From assembly GCF_963506605.1 (NCBI RefSeq), contig NC_083284.1:51584001-51648000 (forward strand): a stretch of 64,000 nucleotides of DNA. Reading direction: 5' to 3'. Below, piece by piece: positions 10,401 to 23,379 of the stretch; position 1 is the stretch's first letter, and each line of letters starts with the position of its first letter. The DNA is from Zootoca vivipara (lineage: Eukaryota). The notes below the pieces were generated by a model. It had not been told where the DNA came from and ran no database searches. It was given only the letters and a program-made list of their open reading frames with translations. Position numbers and translations under genes: made by a program.

Positions 10401-13400
10401 AGTATAAAGTGGACGTCTTTTGTATTAAATATTTTAATGGTTTTGTTTGCATCAAAGTTCATAATAATGAGTAAACAGGTCATATTTGGAATCCAAAAAC
10501 AACTACAGTACATTTTCTGTACTTGATATTTAACTGCACATGGTCCTGCTTTAATAAGTACAATGAGTGACAGAATAAATAAATACAATTAATGTACAGG
10601 GGGACAAGTGATGTTTACTGAAAGGAAATCCAATTGATTAATTGGTATAAGAGGACAGAACATTCATTATATAAAATCAATACCTGCCAATATGAATACA
10701 ATGACATTAATGCCAGTGATTTTTTTTAATTGTCCACCAAAAATAATGTCTGCTTTTAGAAAAGCTATAGCAAGAGAACAAAACAGTTGTAATAAATTCA
10801 TTTTCTCATATAAGGCATACCAATCTATTTGGGCTCTTTATCACATAAAATAGTGAATATAATGCTCCTGAACATCCAAAAGGGCAGGAAGAAGAGAGCC
10901 AGGAGTTCTTTGTAAGCTATGCATTTTGGTCTAAGACACACACACCTTTCATAAACTGGCTCCAGCAAGGAGTACTGAATACAGATTTGCTTCTTATGCT
11001 GGGGAATGTTCAGTTGCAGATGGCAGTACACAAACACTACACCTAATCAGGTTGATTAAATATGTTGACTAAACACAGTTCAGTCAATACAATTAGCCAC
11101 AGAGACAACATGCCCTCTGGTGTCCTGTCTCATGATTCCAAACATTCTCCCTCTAACAGCCACCTCGGAAGCAGAAACCTAGCCTTCCCACTCACTCCAA
11201 CGCAATCATGGATGAAAAGCATGGGCTTCAAAGCAGCCCACCTCTAAAACTAGCATGTCTCAGAGCCAAAATCAACAAGAGGACACAAATTCTTGCCACA
11301 ATTGTTAGATTTAATCATTATTGGAAGGAGAGCTTCTCCCTCTGGTGAAATTCACAGGGCACACTGCGAACTCCAGCTCTTAATTCACTGAAATGTCCTA
11401 ATCCAACATGCATACTCACTTCTGTAGTTAGAAACCATACAATTAATGAGGATTCATAAAATTGTTTACCTTTGCATTTTTCAATTTTGTTGTTCTAAGT
11501 TCCTCAGCACCTGCAACCTAATGAAAATGTGCAGGTTTTAGTAATACAGCATAGCCTCTTAATTCACTATTTTTTCCAGTTTTATTATGACACAGCTTTT
11601 ATGTGTCACTGTAAGAGTTGCAATTCATTGGTTTCACATTTTCTAGTCATGGGGTTTCTGGAAGTAGATATCCAATTACAAGTAAGCTGATAGGTATTTT
11701 TTTAGGTGATGTCTCTGACATCACCTTGCCGACAAAGCGCCGTATATTTAAAGCTATGGTTTTCCCAGTAGTGATGTATGGAAGTGAGAGCTGGACCATA
11801 AAGAAGGCTGATCGCCGAAGAATTGATGCTTTTGAATTACGGTACTGGAGGAGACTCTTGAGAGCCCCATGAACTGCAAGAAGATCAAACCTATCCATTC
11901 TTAAGGAAATCAGCCCTGAGTGCTCACTGGAAGGACAGATCCTGAAGCTGATGCTCCAATACTTTGGCCATGTCATGAGAAGACTCCCTGGAAAAGACCC
12001 TGATGTTGGGAAAGATTGAGGGCACAAGGAGAAGGGGACGACAGAGGATGAGATGGTTGGTTGGACAGTGTTCTCGAAGCTACCAACATGAGTTTGACCA
12101 AACTGCGGGAGGCAGTGGAAGACAGGAGTGCCTGGCATGCTCTGGTCCACGGGGTCACGAAGAGTCGGATACGACTAAAAGACTAAACAGCAGCAACAAT
12201 TTTTTTAGAGTTCTGTGATTTCCAGATTTCTCCCTTTAGCATATGTCTGTTGCAGTTTTGGGATCAAGATGGCTGGCTAGAAGGCAGGAGCTGGCTAACT
12301 ATAACATAGAGTCAACAAGGGAAGCTCAAAAGGCATGGTTACTCATATGAAAGACAACCAAAACTGTGACTATTACTTTTCGATTACTTCTCTAGCTACA
12401 CTATCTTGCTGTAGTCAACTAGGATGCATCTCCTACAACTTGTAAGTCCATGCCAGAATCGCAGGTGAATGCCAACTGGTTGGGACACTGTTTTGGCTCA
12501 GTCCAACATTAGGGCCTAAGCGATTCTATAATTTGTGGGAAGTTACTTAGTTTTCATAGTTCTGACTTTGTATTTATTATCCTAAGCCAAGAATCTTAAA
12601 GGTACAGTGCTCACCTGGGGAAAATATGATTCAAAGTTTTATTTAAGAGATTTATCCCACCCTTCACCTTTCTTTCCTGGTTGTTTTACAATACCTCTTC
12701 CATTTGAGAAACATGGCTGGAGTCCTTTAAAAATGTTAAATCATTCATTGCCACAAACATTTTTCATAATAAGTATTATTTTAATTTTGCTGTGGGCACT
12801 TTGTTAACACTAGCGTTTCCAAGTTTGAGAATTAAATAATACAACAGGTTTCAGTTCAGTTTTCAAATGTTCTTTGTGAAGTACGTATGTCATTTGAAAA
12901 ACAAGCTTTAAAGTCTGCAGTTGGGGGGAAAACAGCAGAGGAAAAATCATGTCACATAATACAAAGCCCTTATATGTGTAACAGCAGAAGGGAACCTTTT
13001 TCTGATGAGGGTCACATTCTCTCGGGTGTAATTTGTGGAGAACCACATGGTGAACCACCCCCTTATCCTCCTTCTGAAAAGCAGATCACCCTTGCTACAG
13101 GTCTGAACAGATAATTTGCAGAGGACTTTCCCCTTTCCACCACTCCATCCATTTGAGCCCCTCATTTCCCTCACCGGTCTAACAAATGCATGTCTGTTTG
13201 CATTTTGGCAGCGCTGGACCCTCATTTCCATTTGTCAGCCTTATTCATGCAGAGCATTTCATTAGCTGGCATGCCACAGCCAATAAGCAAATTTTATCAT
13301 TGGTGGGCTCTTTTTGGGCTTTCCCTTTCCGAGGGCTTCCCCCTATTTTTGTAATGCTTCTGCAAACTCCAGCTCCTCCCTCTTGTGCCTGGATGGTGCC

Positions 13401-16400
13401 GTTTTGGTTAACATAAGCAATGGCACTTACATTTGAACAGCAGAAATAAGGGAACAACTGTACTTACATTATCAGTGAATTGCTCTCTGAACGCAACAGA
13501 AAAGCTATCAATAGCTTTCCTACATATTTTCAGCTCCACTCCTTGTCTGAATAGGGAAGAATGCATACAAATCAGTATATTAAGAAAACCTAAAGAAAAA
13601 TCCTGAACTGATCGGTATATTGAAAAACATATTCTAGGAATTGAACTTGATACTTTGAGTGGGCAAAAATTGGATAATGCCATCAACTATCTAAATTTCT
13701 CCTACTGAATAACATGTGACATTATAACTTCAAACACTCAAAGCTTAATTTAGTTGCATTACATTTGGTTATATCATCCTCATTGTGGTTTAAACTTGAG
13801 GGATGGGAATTGTTTTAGATAAGCACCCATTTGTTTTGTTCTAGTGTTCTTCCTATATACATAAAAATGTAAGGTTATCATTGCATAGCGCCCATTGGAG
13901 GATTTGTAGTGCGTCATCACAATACTGGATTTGCATGAAGTCAGGGTGGGGCAGAGGAACAGAAGAGAAGGCAGGCTGAACAACAACAGCGGTCATGACA
14001 TGGGAGTGAGCAGAGGGTCACAGAGGGAAACTGCTGCTTTAAACAACAGCAGAGGATGCGAAGCCCTCAGATATTCCACAGCATCTTCCCACAATCATGT
14101 ATTTCATTCATGGTACCATGAGTTGTCTTCGACAAAATGTCTCAGATTCAATGTAGTACTTTTTAAGAGGTATTTTATTAACAAGCAACTACTCATATTT
14201 GTACAACATTCACCAACTGAACTTAAACCAACAAGCTTGCTCTTAAGATTCTACTGCTCTTAATCTGCTGTAAGATTACTGTATCTCTTAAGATTCTACT
14301 AATCTTAAGAGATACAGTAACGTATCAGCATGGAGTGTGTGTGCAAAGAAGGCTGCAGAGTAGGAGAGAGGAAGACATGAATATGGGCGTGCCCTAGGGT
14401 AGTAATGTGGGGGGAGGGGAATAGCAAGGGCTTGGTGAGTTGAGTGAGCAGGGGCACAGTTCCTAGGAAGTAGTATCAGGGAAAAATAATTTCATAACAG
14501 TAAAAATGGCTTGGCCTTTTGGTTAGGATCATATGAAAACATTCACTATGCTTAAACAGCACAGCTGCAGCAAACCAATCTGTAACAGAGAGAGCACCAA
14601 GTATTGTGGCTTAATAATGTCCAATTTCAGTGGAGTCAATGAGCTTAAAGTCATATACCAAGTTAAATTGTAGTCATAAAGATACTTACTTGTATTTTGC
14701 TGTTATTTTCTCAAATGCATCCAGAATAACATCAGTTTCTCTGACACGGCTGGCAACCTTTTTCATGTTTTTGGAACCCCAAACTTTTATCAAATCTGGC
14801 TCAGCATCTGAATCTAAATAAATGGTGTTTTTGAAGCAGCTTTTGATATTGTAGGTCTCAGCCAACCTTCAAAATTTATGATTTAAAATGCCTCAAAATT
14901 GCACCAACTTTTAATAGAAGAAATAAAATCCATAAATGTCAGCATTATAAAACATTGTCTTTCAGTTGTGGAATTGAAGACTGCACGGTAGCACTAACAA
15001 ACAATGATAACACTTATTGTTTCATATATTGGCAGGCAAAATAGTGACCATTAGGCCTTCTAATAGGCAATGGTCTGATAATATGAGCCAGTGTGGCATA
15101 GTGGTTAGAGCGTCAGACTATGATCTGGGTGACTCTCAGCCAAACCTACCTCACAAGGTTGTTGTGAGGATTAAATTACCGGTATGAGTTGGTGGGGAAC
15201 CATGAATACCATCTTGAGCTACCACTATCAGGGTAAGTGCCCTAATTTGAAAATTCCTGTACAGTGGAGTGAGTGGCAAGCTCTCCATGGATCACCTCTA
15301 CTGTAAGCACAAACTCTTTCTCACCTGAGTAATCTGTCTCAATCTCTGGTGAACAAGCCTCTTTCTGCTTCTTGTGGCATTCAGCACTCATAATAGGCAT
15401 CTGTCAAATAAAAATGCATACATTTAAATGCTTTTATTTTGAAATTTATGATCACATTAGGCAGGAGCAGCAGCTATGAAGTTTGTCTGAACTCACACCC
15501 TTTCAATGTGGTTCTGGCTAGTTCTGACCAAGGCATGTTGAGGAAATACAAGGAAATAGTGTCAAGAGGACACTTGCCCATTTGCAACAGCCCTTAATTT
15601 ACACACACTTAAACTGCACCAGTGAAAGCACCACCGTGAAAAAAATACTGGAAACTAAAATATAGGAAGCACTGTAAAAGTAAAGGAACCCCTGACCATT
15701 AGGTCCAGTCGTGACTGACTCTGGGGTTGCGGCGCTCATCTCGTGTTATTGGCCAAGGGAGCCGGCATACAGCTTCCAGGTCATGTGGCCAGCATGACTA
15801 AGCCACTTCTGGCAAACCAGAGCAGCACACGGAAATGCTGTTTACCTTCCCGCTGTAGCGGTACCTATTTATCTACTTGCACTTTGACGTGCTTCCGAAC
15901 TGCTAGGTTGGCAAGAGCTGGGATCGAGCAACAGGAGCTCACCCCGTTGCGGGGATTCGAACCACCGATCTTCTGATTGGCAAGCCCTAGGCTCTGTGGT
16001 TTAACCCACAGTGCCACCCGCATCCCTAGGAAGCACTGTATTTCTTCACTAATTCTTTCTGAACACATTTTTAAAAAGAACAAGACCCAGATATGTGCCA
16101 AAAGGCTTCATTCTTAGGACAAAGGTTCTTACAGCTATGGGGCATAGCAAAGTTTATAGCTAACCTTATCAGTACTCAAGTCCTCCACAGGATCTGGAAT
16201 GTTATCTGATATTCTGCATTCTGAAGAGCTGCATCTTACTGGCAGCGGAGGTGTTAATCTATAGTCCTCTGTGCTGGATGTAGACTCTGTGGCTCTCTAA
16301 ATGAAAACAATCAGGTGGTTATTCTCAGATTAAAGAGAAGACAAATGCAGTGCCTTTCATATGAACGAATGCGAACTTTCCCCCAGTATAAAAACAGCTT

Positions 16401-19400
16401 TACATATCATGGAAACATCAGTTATGCATCTTTATGTAACATGCATCTGCAATGTTTTCTGCAGTCTGTTTGGCCATGTTTGGCCATGAGTATTTATTGC
16501 AGGGAGCCCACAATTTACCTTGCTTTCCCACAGCAAACATGATTAAAAACTAAATGAAAGTAGGTTACATCCAATAAAGGTACCATGAAAATTTCTTAAA
16601 CAGGTAGCCATGAGACACTAGCAATAAAACAACCTCAAGTTGTGACCATTTATGACAACCGTGATCACAACTGGACCAATATAAGCAGCTGTTTATAGTG
16701 AGCACATGAGAAGCAGCTGAGCTGTACTGTAGCAATATTAGAATAAGAGCACTACTATTTAAAAGCCTAAGAGTGTCAACTTCCATTAAAATAAGTTTCT
16801 AACATTCATAATTTCTGTGTAGTCTGAAGACATGCAGATAATTACCCCAACACAGAAAACAAGTCTGCAAAAGCCTATGCACATATTGTGCCTGCAAAGA
16901 TACAATGCTTTGTGCACAAACATACAATTCCTCGTATGTCTGTCGTTCCTCAACTATCATACTTGTGCTAATCTTCTTTTCTGAGCGCTCAAAAGCTGCA
17001 TTTGCTGGGAAACTCCACCCACTGCTGGAGGGAATGGCGGACAATTCCATCTTCTCCGCTCTAACGGTGTTTTTTCGGCGGCTGCCTCGGGAGTATGCAG
17101 CCTCCCTTACCCCTCCCGGGACGCTACGGGAGGGGGCCGCTGGCCCGTAGATGCCCCTTAACCCACCCGGACCCCTGTGGGGGGGGGCTGGGCTGTAGCA
17201 GCTGTTGGAGTCGGCACTCCTGGAAGCCACCCACCAGGCATATGGGTCCCATTACTTGGAATTTTAATTAGAGGAAAGTTTTGGGCATGCCTCAGATGAA
17301 AGAGTGAAAATTTATTGCTTATGGACACAGCCCTGAGTAGCAGAGAGAATGATTTGAATTACGGCCACTGAGAGATAAGAGGAAACATCGTAGGAGTGAA
17401 GAGTGAGCATCTGGAGAACCCGAGACGCCATACAGGGAAGTGCAACCTTTTTCTTTGTTCTTTGCCTATAATTTATCAAATACCTTTCCTGGACGGAACA
17501 GCAGACTTGATTTAGAGCAGCAGGATAATGGAGAGTATAAACTGGTGGACATGGAACTTTAAATAAATATGAAATTGGAGGAATTATATATAATTCGACA
17601 TCTTTGCAAAAATCTCCCTTAAAATCCTGGCCCTGGCTGACATGCTGAAGATTTGTGACTGTAAGGAGGATTTAAGATTTGTGTCGCAGTTCGTAAATCA
17701 AACAAGATGGCGCTGGAATGGAATGCAGTCAGAGGTAGAAGAGAAGCCGCCCGGTTTTGAGAAGAGTGAGAAGGGACGTCTGGCTTTTCTTCTGCTGGAA
17801 AGTCTGTGATTCTATTTTCGGAGAGGAATTTGGAGAGGAATTTGGATATAATTTATGACTTAATTGATATTAGGGACCAGAGATTGGAGGGAGGTTACAG
17901 ATACAGTCCACACAGAGACAGAAAGCATTTGGAAACATCCGGCTGGCAACGTAAACTCGGAGGCCAAGAAAGGACAGTAACGGACTTGAAAATATGTGAT
18001 ATTCATATCAGAGGCTGTTAAATAAGGGATAAATTGAAAAGGAAGCAAGGAATATTGGTGATTAGCAGGGAGCTCTGGGAATCTGAGGCATGGGAGTCCG
18101 AAAAATTAAGTATAATTGGCTATAATTGGAATGTTTCTTTCAATTGGAATTGTATGATTAATTTGGATTTGTAAAAATGCAATTGGGAATAATTTCAATG
18201 TGATTTGATGTGTTTTAATTGGAAAATTTAATAAAAAGTATTTAAAAAAAAAAAGCTGCATTTGCTAGATTGAGGTGAATGTGTTTAAGAGTTTCAGTTC
18301 CTAGACGGGTGCACATATATACTGTATGTGTGTGTATATACTGCATATATATATATATATATATATTCAAATTCATGATTTCTAAGGCTGTCATGACGTT
18401 AAGAGACATGTCATGTGACAATAATATTACCAATATTTATTCTTCATTATCTTAGCTAACATGAGATTTCAGCTAGTAGTAAATAAATCATACTTGCTTG
18501 AAATCTGGAGAATTAATTACCCACTTATATTAATATACATTTAAAACATAGAGATCCAATTATTTATTTCCAATATATTGGAAAGATATTGGAATTTTCA
18601 ATATATTGTTGTCTATTTTCTGTACCATATTCTCTTGCACAGGTTCCTCTTCAGAATCTTCTCTCTCTGAACTTGATTTCAAGATATGCTGGTGTTTGCT
18701 AGAAAAATATATAAAATAATGCAATATATTCTCGTAGCTTTAAAAATCAAAAGTTCATTTCTTTTCCTGCTAAGAAGTTTCACTGTTGGCACAGAGGATT
18801 TGTCCAGTTCTGACAGTAGGAATCAAAGAACCAGCAAGAATATAGTGGGGATCAAATAGGTATGTGAATTGAATGGTATGTAGATACACAAATGTGTGTA
18901 TGCAAGGAAAAAAATATGGATGCAACTGTTGTGTATGAGTTACTGAAAAAGCTATATGGCTTGTGTTGAATGGTGGTTAAGAGTTGAAGGAGCTGATACT
19001 GCACAACATTTTGAGCTGATAGGAATTGAAGCTTAATTCATTGAGACAACTTACAAATCTCTAATATCTCTTACAATGCATTCCTAGGAGTCACACAGAT
19101 GTGCCACTCAGAAAGGTACCGTACTGCAAGAGCTAAAGGTTCAGTCTTGATGACACAGTAGAGTACAAAGAGCCAAAGAAAAATTATGCAGTGTATTTAT
19201 ACACTTTGGCTACATAATGTATCAATTGCAAATATAATCCTGTTTATACCTTGAAGTTAAGAATACTCCTACAGTCATATTTTTGAAACATACAGGTTGG
19301 TTTAGAAAATGTGTGGGGAAACATTTTGGCTTCACAGGCCAGATTCTTTGCATCATAGGTCTCGCAAGGTGGGTGGGGCTGCCCACCTATCAAAACCCCA

Positions 19401-22400
19401 TCTGTGGCTTTGCAAAGTGCCCAATGAAGCATTCTCTCCCCTCCTTTAAGGGGGGGGCAAGTCCATTTCAAACAGTGCTTTGCTCTGCCTCCCCTTTAAG
19501 CAAAGGGGCATTGCCAAACCCATGTTTAGTGCTTTGGGAAGTTCTGAGCTTGTTTCTCCCCTCTCCACCATTGACAGGCATGAGAGAAACAAGGTTGGAG
19601 TTTGCTGGCAACAGCAGCAAGCTGGCAAACAGCTGGAACAAGCTCTCTTGTGCATCAAGCCCAGTGCTTAGGAGGATTGCTCTCCCTTCCCATTAGCTGG
19701 TTCGATTGGAGTGTGATGCTGCTTCGTGCTGGGTTCCAAAAGCACTGTTTGAAGCAGCTTGTGCATTTCTCCTGAAAGCAGGTGGCACACAAGCTGTTTT
19801 ACATAGTGCTTTTGAGCAGGATTTAATCTCTGCTTATCACCAGTGATGTCAGCTGGTGGGCTAAAGTGGACGCCTAACAGATCAGATTGGTCTGCAGTTC
19901 CGCACCCTGGATTTCAAATAAAAGGAGGGAGCATGCTTGTGTTCACTCCTCCATATCCTTAGTTAAAAGTTTAAAAAGGAACAATCACACCATCCAAGCA
20001 TTTCACATGGTTTGGATGCTATCTTCTCAATTGCATGAAAAGGCTCCTGAAAATTAAAATGGGGGTTCTGTAGCGTGCTGAATGAATGGTCAATGTTAGT
20101 ATGCCTAGCATATTTTAGTCAAGCTAACAGGTGTGTGAGTGACTCAGCTGCCAAGTATCCCATTTTTCGCGGGAAACCCCCAGATTTTAATCCGTTTCCT
20201 GCTGTTCTCCCAAATGGGGAAAAATCCGGAAAATCCCCAGGATTTCCTACCTGCCAGGGAGCCTCCATTTTGGGTGCCGCTCTTCCCATGTGTGGGCACC
20301 GGAAATCGGGCAAAATGCAGGATCAGCAGCGGCCATCTTGATGCCGAGCATGCGTAGAAGTGACTTCCAGTGCTGCTCTGCCCGATTTCCGGTGCCCACA
20401 CATGGGAAGAGCGGCCCCGGAAGTTGCTTCTACGCAACTTCCAGTGCCGCGCCGCTGCTGATCCCGCATTTTTCAGCGGGAGACTTGGCAGGTATGGTGA
20501 GTGAATGAGGAATGGGTACATGATGTGTTACAAGGATAAACATTAAAAAAGTGTCCAGTAGCACCTTAGAGACCAACTAAGTTTGTTCTGGGTATAAGCT
20601 CTCGTGTGCATGCACATTTCTTCAGATACACAGGATAAATATGTTTTTAAATTTATGTCTGTAGTACCTTCCTCTAGTAGCTTTCTTTTTTGGCTCAGAA
20701 TCTGATGAACTGCTCATTGACCCATCTGAATACTGATCTTCTTCCTCATAAGCAGACACAGCGGTGCTGTGTAAAGGTTCCTGTGAGGGTTCACCTAGAT
20801 AAAATAGACAAATCTAGCATTAATGAACTGCACTGAAAACACAGGTCAATCTTGGGCATTCAGACATTTGTCTACCTCGAATGTAAACATATACAAGGGC
20901 ACACTATCAATGACAACTGTCCCTTCCAGCACAACCACTTTATTAAATTAACAGTCCTCCTATTTCAGAACTTCACCTTCAAAACTCACAGAGGGCTAGT
21001 AACATGATAACAGTAATGTGTCAGAAGAGGTGGGCTTCACAGCACATTCATTTCCCCTCATGGGCTTGTTTACATGTGAGGAGAACATATTTTTACATTT
21101 CTCACTTCAATTCCCTGTAATTTTGGACTACTTTGATGCCTCAGCCCTGAAATTGTTCACAGTATTTGGGGCACCACTTACACCGCTGAAGCAGAGATTC
21201 TATTTTATATTCTGTAATTATTGGTGTCAATTAAAAAAGGTAAAATGCGATAACTAACCAAATAATTCATCAGGTTCCTCTGCTTGGTCAGTTTGGATAA
21301 CTTTCAAAATACTTGACACATCTGGTTCCTAAGGAGAAAGCAGTTTAAAATGAAAGTGCAACTTGGCATGGTATCCCTGGGGAGAACCCTCAAAAAACAG
21401 AATCTGTAACAAATAGCTGAAAATTGAGATTTCTTTCTTTCCGTGTAAGAAATAGAATGCAAACAAATTCAAGTACTGGATTAGAACAAGAAAGAAATAT
21501 TTTATCAAAATACTATTTCCTATAATAAAAACCTGCAGAAAGCAAACAAGACAAGATACCAGGGGTTATGTAGGTTTTTTGGTGGGGGGAGGGATTGGCC
21601 TTTGGAGTAGGGTGAGATAGATAGGGGTGTGTGTGTGTGTATGACAGACACTTATTTCATCTGTGGAGTGGATTTTCCGGATCTGTGTGTGCTCTGTTTG
21701 TGTGATTGAGAAACAGTTGGACATAGAAAGAGGACTAGTGATGGGGAGAGAGGGAGAGGTGGGCAGGCAAGGTATGTATGTACGATCTCTGTCAGAGAGG
21801 GTGAAATGTGTGCAACGTGTGTGAGGGAAGGCAGGCTAGTATGTGAGTGGTCTGTTTGTATATGTGATCTGTGTAAGAGAGAGAGAGATGTTTGTGTAGC
21901 TGTGTATATGTAGTGTATGACATACATATATACATACAGCATTTTACTTGTATGCTGACTTTTTCATAGTTAAAACCATGCTCAAGGCAGCTTACAACAT
22001 GAAAAAATACATAATTACATAGCCATAATTGCATACACCAAAAAGTACACAACCAAATTGAACAATTTCCACATATATTTTAAGATCTAAAATAAAGATA
22101 CATTTTAAAACTAATAACAGAAACACCCAGCCAAACAAAACTTCCTAAACAATAGTCCAACCCAAGAGTTTTTTCAGCAGCCTCAGCTTTCATAGCTGGA
22201 GTCAGTCAGTGCCCTGCCCTCCCAGGCCAGGTGGGAAAAGCCTGCAAGGCAGGGAGCAGGTCTTCTAAGACTCACAGCCAAGCTGTATGAGTGTGTATGT
22301 GTGAGAGATGCATGTGTGTTTGTGGCCTCTACTTGTGTAGTCTGTGTCAGTGTGAGAGTGAGCAAGGTGTAACCATTTTGTATATTTTTTCTGGTACTGG

Positions 22401-22921
22401 GGAATTCTCCATGATTTGACACCAACAGCACCATTGTGTGCATCTGAGGAATCAATACTGTACTTTGTTATCTCCAATCCAGAAGTGGCAAGCAACAGAT
22501 TTTCTGGGTAAGGGGAGGGGAGCAGCAGTGACTGTACCAATTTTGTGTCATGCCATGCCTCTGAATGTCAGCCATTCATTATCCCATTCTCTGTACACAC
22601 ATGTATTTTACATATTCTGTATACTTATAGTGCCCCTAAGGGAGGATGATTCTGTATTGCATCATGCTCTTTAAGCACTTGGGATATCATGTGTCACCTC
22701 TATAGTTGGAAGAGTGAAAGGCGCTTTTTTTAAAAAAAGAAAAAAGTAAGAGTTCAAAATTCCCCATAGAACTCCAGCATGGATTATCTCAAGGCTGTGA
22801 ATTAAATAAAACTAAAAAGAAATGGAAAATGTCTCATTTGTGTTTGAATGAAAAAGATACCGTATGTGCCACTTACTCCCAGTTTCTTTTGGAAGTCCCT
22901 CCTTGATTTTCTCTTTGGCAT
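7341..22921 (-). CDS. CENPU: Centromere protein U (CENP-50/PBIP1), whole spliced CDS span, 12 exons, ~371 aa
   Basis: GT-AG exons with consistent phases, summing to 1116 nt; PLK1-docking PLHSTA motif; C-terminal YGASSLPALLVES. Confidence 0.9.
8100..8256 (-). CDS. CENPU: CENPU exon
   Basis: TESQLKKLEREYAELKGELSTLRNAVQLVTDLKDLKQKYVNVRKENPQEKTV; cag/gtaagt sites. Confidence 0.92.
8367..8436. mobile_element. Tiny hAT-type MITE
   Basis: TIRs CATAGCTGCCAAGT / ACTTGGCAGCTATG; 8-bp TSD CATGGGTG/CATGGGTT. Confidence 0.7.
8687..8822. mobile_element. Palindromic hAT-type MITE (~136 bp)
   Basis: CAGG...CCTG ends, internal palindrome, 8-bp TSD GCCTACAG. Confidence 0.82.
9662..10003 (+). mobile_element. 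Sauria SINE
   Basis: tRNA-like head, conserved body, BovB-like 3' end, (ACCTTT) tail. Confidence 0.85.
10100..10161 (-). CDS. CENPU: CENPU exon
   Basis: MVRATNKKRERLIEVKGELL(K); cag/gtatgt sites. Confidence 0.88.
10212..10327. repeat. Palindromic MITE-like repeat (older copies at ~7185-7270 and ~33655-33770)
   Basis: GGTGATATCC...GGATATCACC ends with inner inverted arms TGAGTAGACCCACTGAAATCAA / TTGATTTCAGTGGGTCTACTCA. Confidence 0.65.
11470..11517 (-). CDS. CENPU: CENPU exon
   Basis: VAGAEELRTTKLKNAK; tag/gtaaac sites. Confidence 0.85.
11717..12199 (+). mobile_element. BovB (RTE) LINE 3' fragment
   Basis: KAMVFPVVMYGSESWTIKKADRRRIDAFEL; MLGKIEG.RRRGRQRMRW; (CAA)-type tail. Confidence 0.9.
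13468..13546 (-). CDS. CENPU: CENPU exon
   Basis: QGVELKICRKAIDSFSVAFREQFTDN; cag/gtaagt sites. Confidence 0.88.
14690..14813 (-). CDS. CENPU: CENPU exon
   Basis: SDAEPDLIKVWGSKNMKKVASRVRETDVILDAFEKITAKY; tag/gtaagt sites. Confidence 0.88.
15085..15225 (+). mobile_element. Degenerate tRNA-derived SINE (Squam3/MIR-like)
   Basis: A-box-like TGGCATAGTGG head; CCTACCTCACAAGGTTGTTGTGAGGATTAAA core. Confidence 0.55.
15325..15400 (-). CDS. CENPU: CENPU exon
   Basis: MPIMSAECHKKQKEACSPEIETDYS; cag/gtgaga sites; phase-compatible. Confidence 0.72.
15677..16026 (-). mobile_element. Sauria SINE
   Basis: Full length; TSD TAGGAAGCACTGTA (15663-15676 / 16027-16040). Confidence 0.88.
16165..16296 (-). 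CDS. CENPU: CENPU exon (low-complexity linker)
   Basis: RATESTSSTEDYRLTPPLPV...DLSTDK; tag/gttagc sites; phase 0/0. Confidence 0.68.
17007..18250 (+). mobile_element. ~1.24-kb non-coding poly(A) retroposon (probably L1-mobilised)
   Basis: 16-bp TSD AAAAGCTGCATTTGCT (16991-17006 / 18251-18266); CpG-rich 5' end; AATAAA plus A-tail; no long ORF. Confidence 0.8.
18626..18698 (-). CDS. CENPU: CENPU exon
   Basis: KHQHILKSSSEREDSEEEPVQENM; tag/gtacag sites; phase-compatible. Confidence 0.72.
20143..20496. mobile_element. hAT non-autonomous element with internal inverted repeats
   Basis: TIRs related to the 8367 MITE; 8-bp TSD GTGAGTGA; 33-bp inverted pair at 20280-20312 / 20379-20411. Confidence 0.75.
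20545..20630 (-). mobile_element. Penelope-like element fragment with mutated hammerhead
   Basis: CCAGTAGCACCTTAGAGACCAACTAAG...GTGTGCATGCACA; GAAA core changed to GAGA. Confidence 0.7.
20668..20794 (-). CDS. CENPU: CENPU exon with PLK1 polo-box docking motif
   Basis: EPSQEPLHSTAVSAYEEEDQYSDGS...KKKATRG. Confidence 0.88.
21259..21328 (-). CDS. CENPU: CENPU exon
   Basis: EPDVSSILKVIQTDQAEEPDELF; ctttctccttag/gttagt sites. Confidence 0.82.
22877..22921 (-). CDS. CENPU: CENPU first coding segment (exon 22877-22928)
   Basis: MPKRKSRRDFQKKLG; acceptor tag 7 nt upstream of the ATG, donor gtaagt. Confidence 0.7.
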
Positions 22922-23379
22922 CTTTTTACTAACAAAATAGGGGGAAAGAAACATTACCATAAAGGGATATATTATGTTTTACATTTATGAATTTTTCAGC
23001 AGGACCTTTATTAAATCTTTATTGCATTTGTACTGCTTCTCTAAGGAACAGCATACCTGAGTTTCCTAAAACAGACTGACACAGTCCTAGGTAGTCTCCC
23101 ATTCAAGTACAGAACAAGCTCAGTCCTATACAGCTTGAGTATTTTAGGTGCTTGCAGAACATCTCTGGAGTTCAATCAGTCAGTATATTTATTTTTCTGT
23201 TCCTTATACAAACACATTCCATCACCCTACATACACATGTGTTCTGTGCATATGTGCCAGTATTGCGTATTAATGAAATTATTTTGTGGAATGTCATTGT
23301 GAAAGTTAAAAGATATGGTGGGTGGGAGATGAGGACTGGAAGGCATAGAGGGGTTAGAAGACGCTATGTCTGCTGAGAG

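Noticed and set aside
23080-23140. 5S rRNA-like stretch on the minus strand
   Set aside because: Short and degenerate; at most a 5S-derived SINE relic, not an rRNA gene
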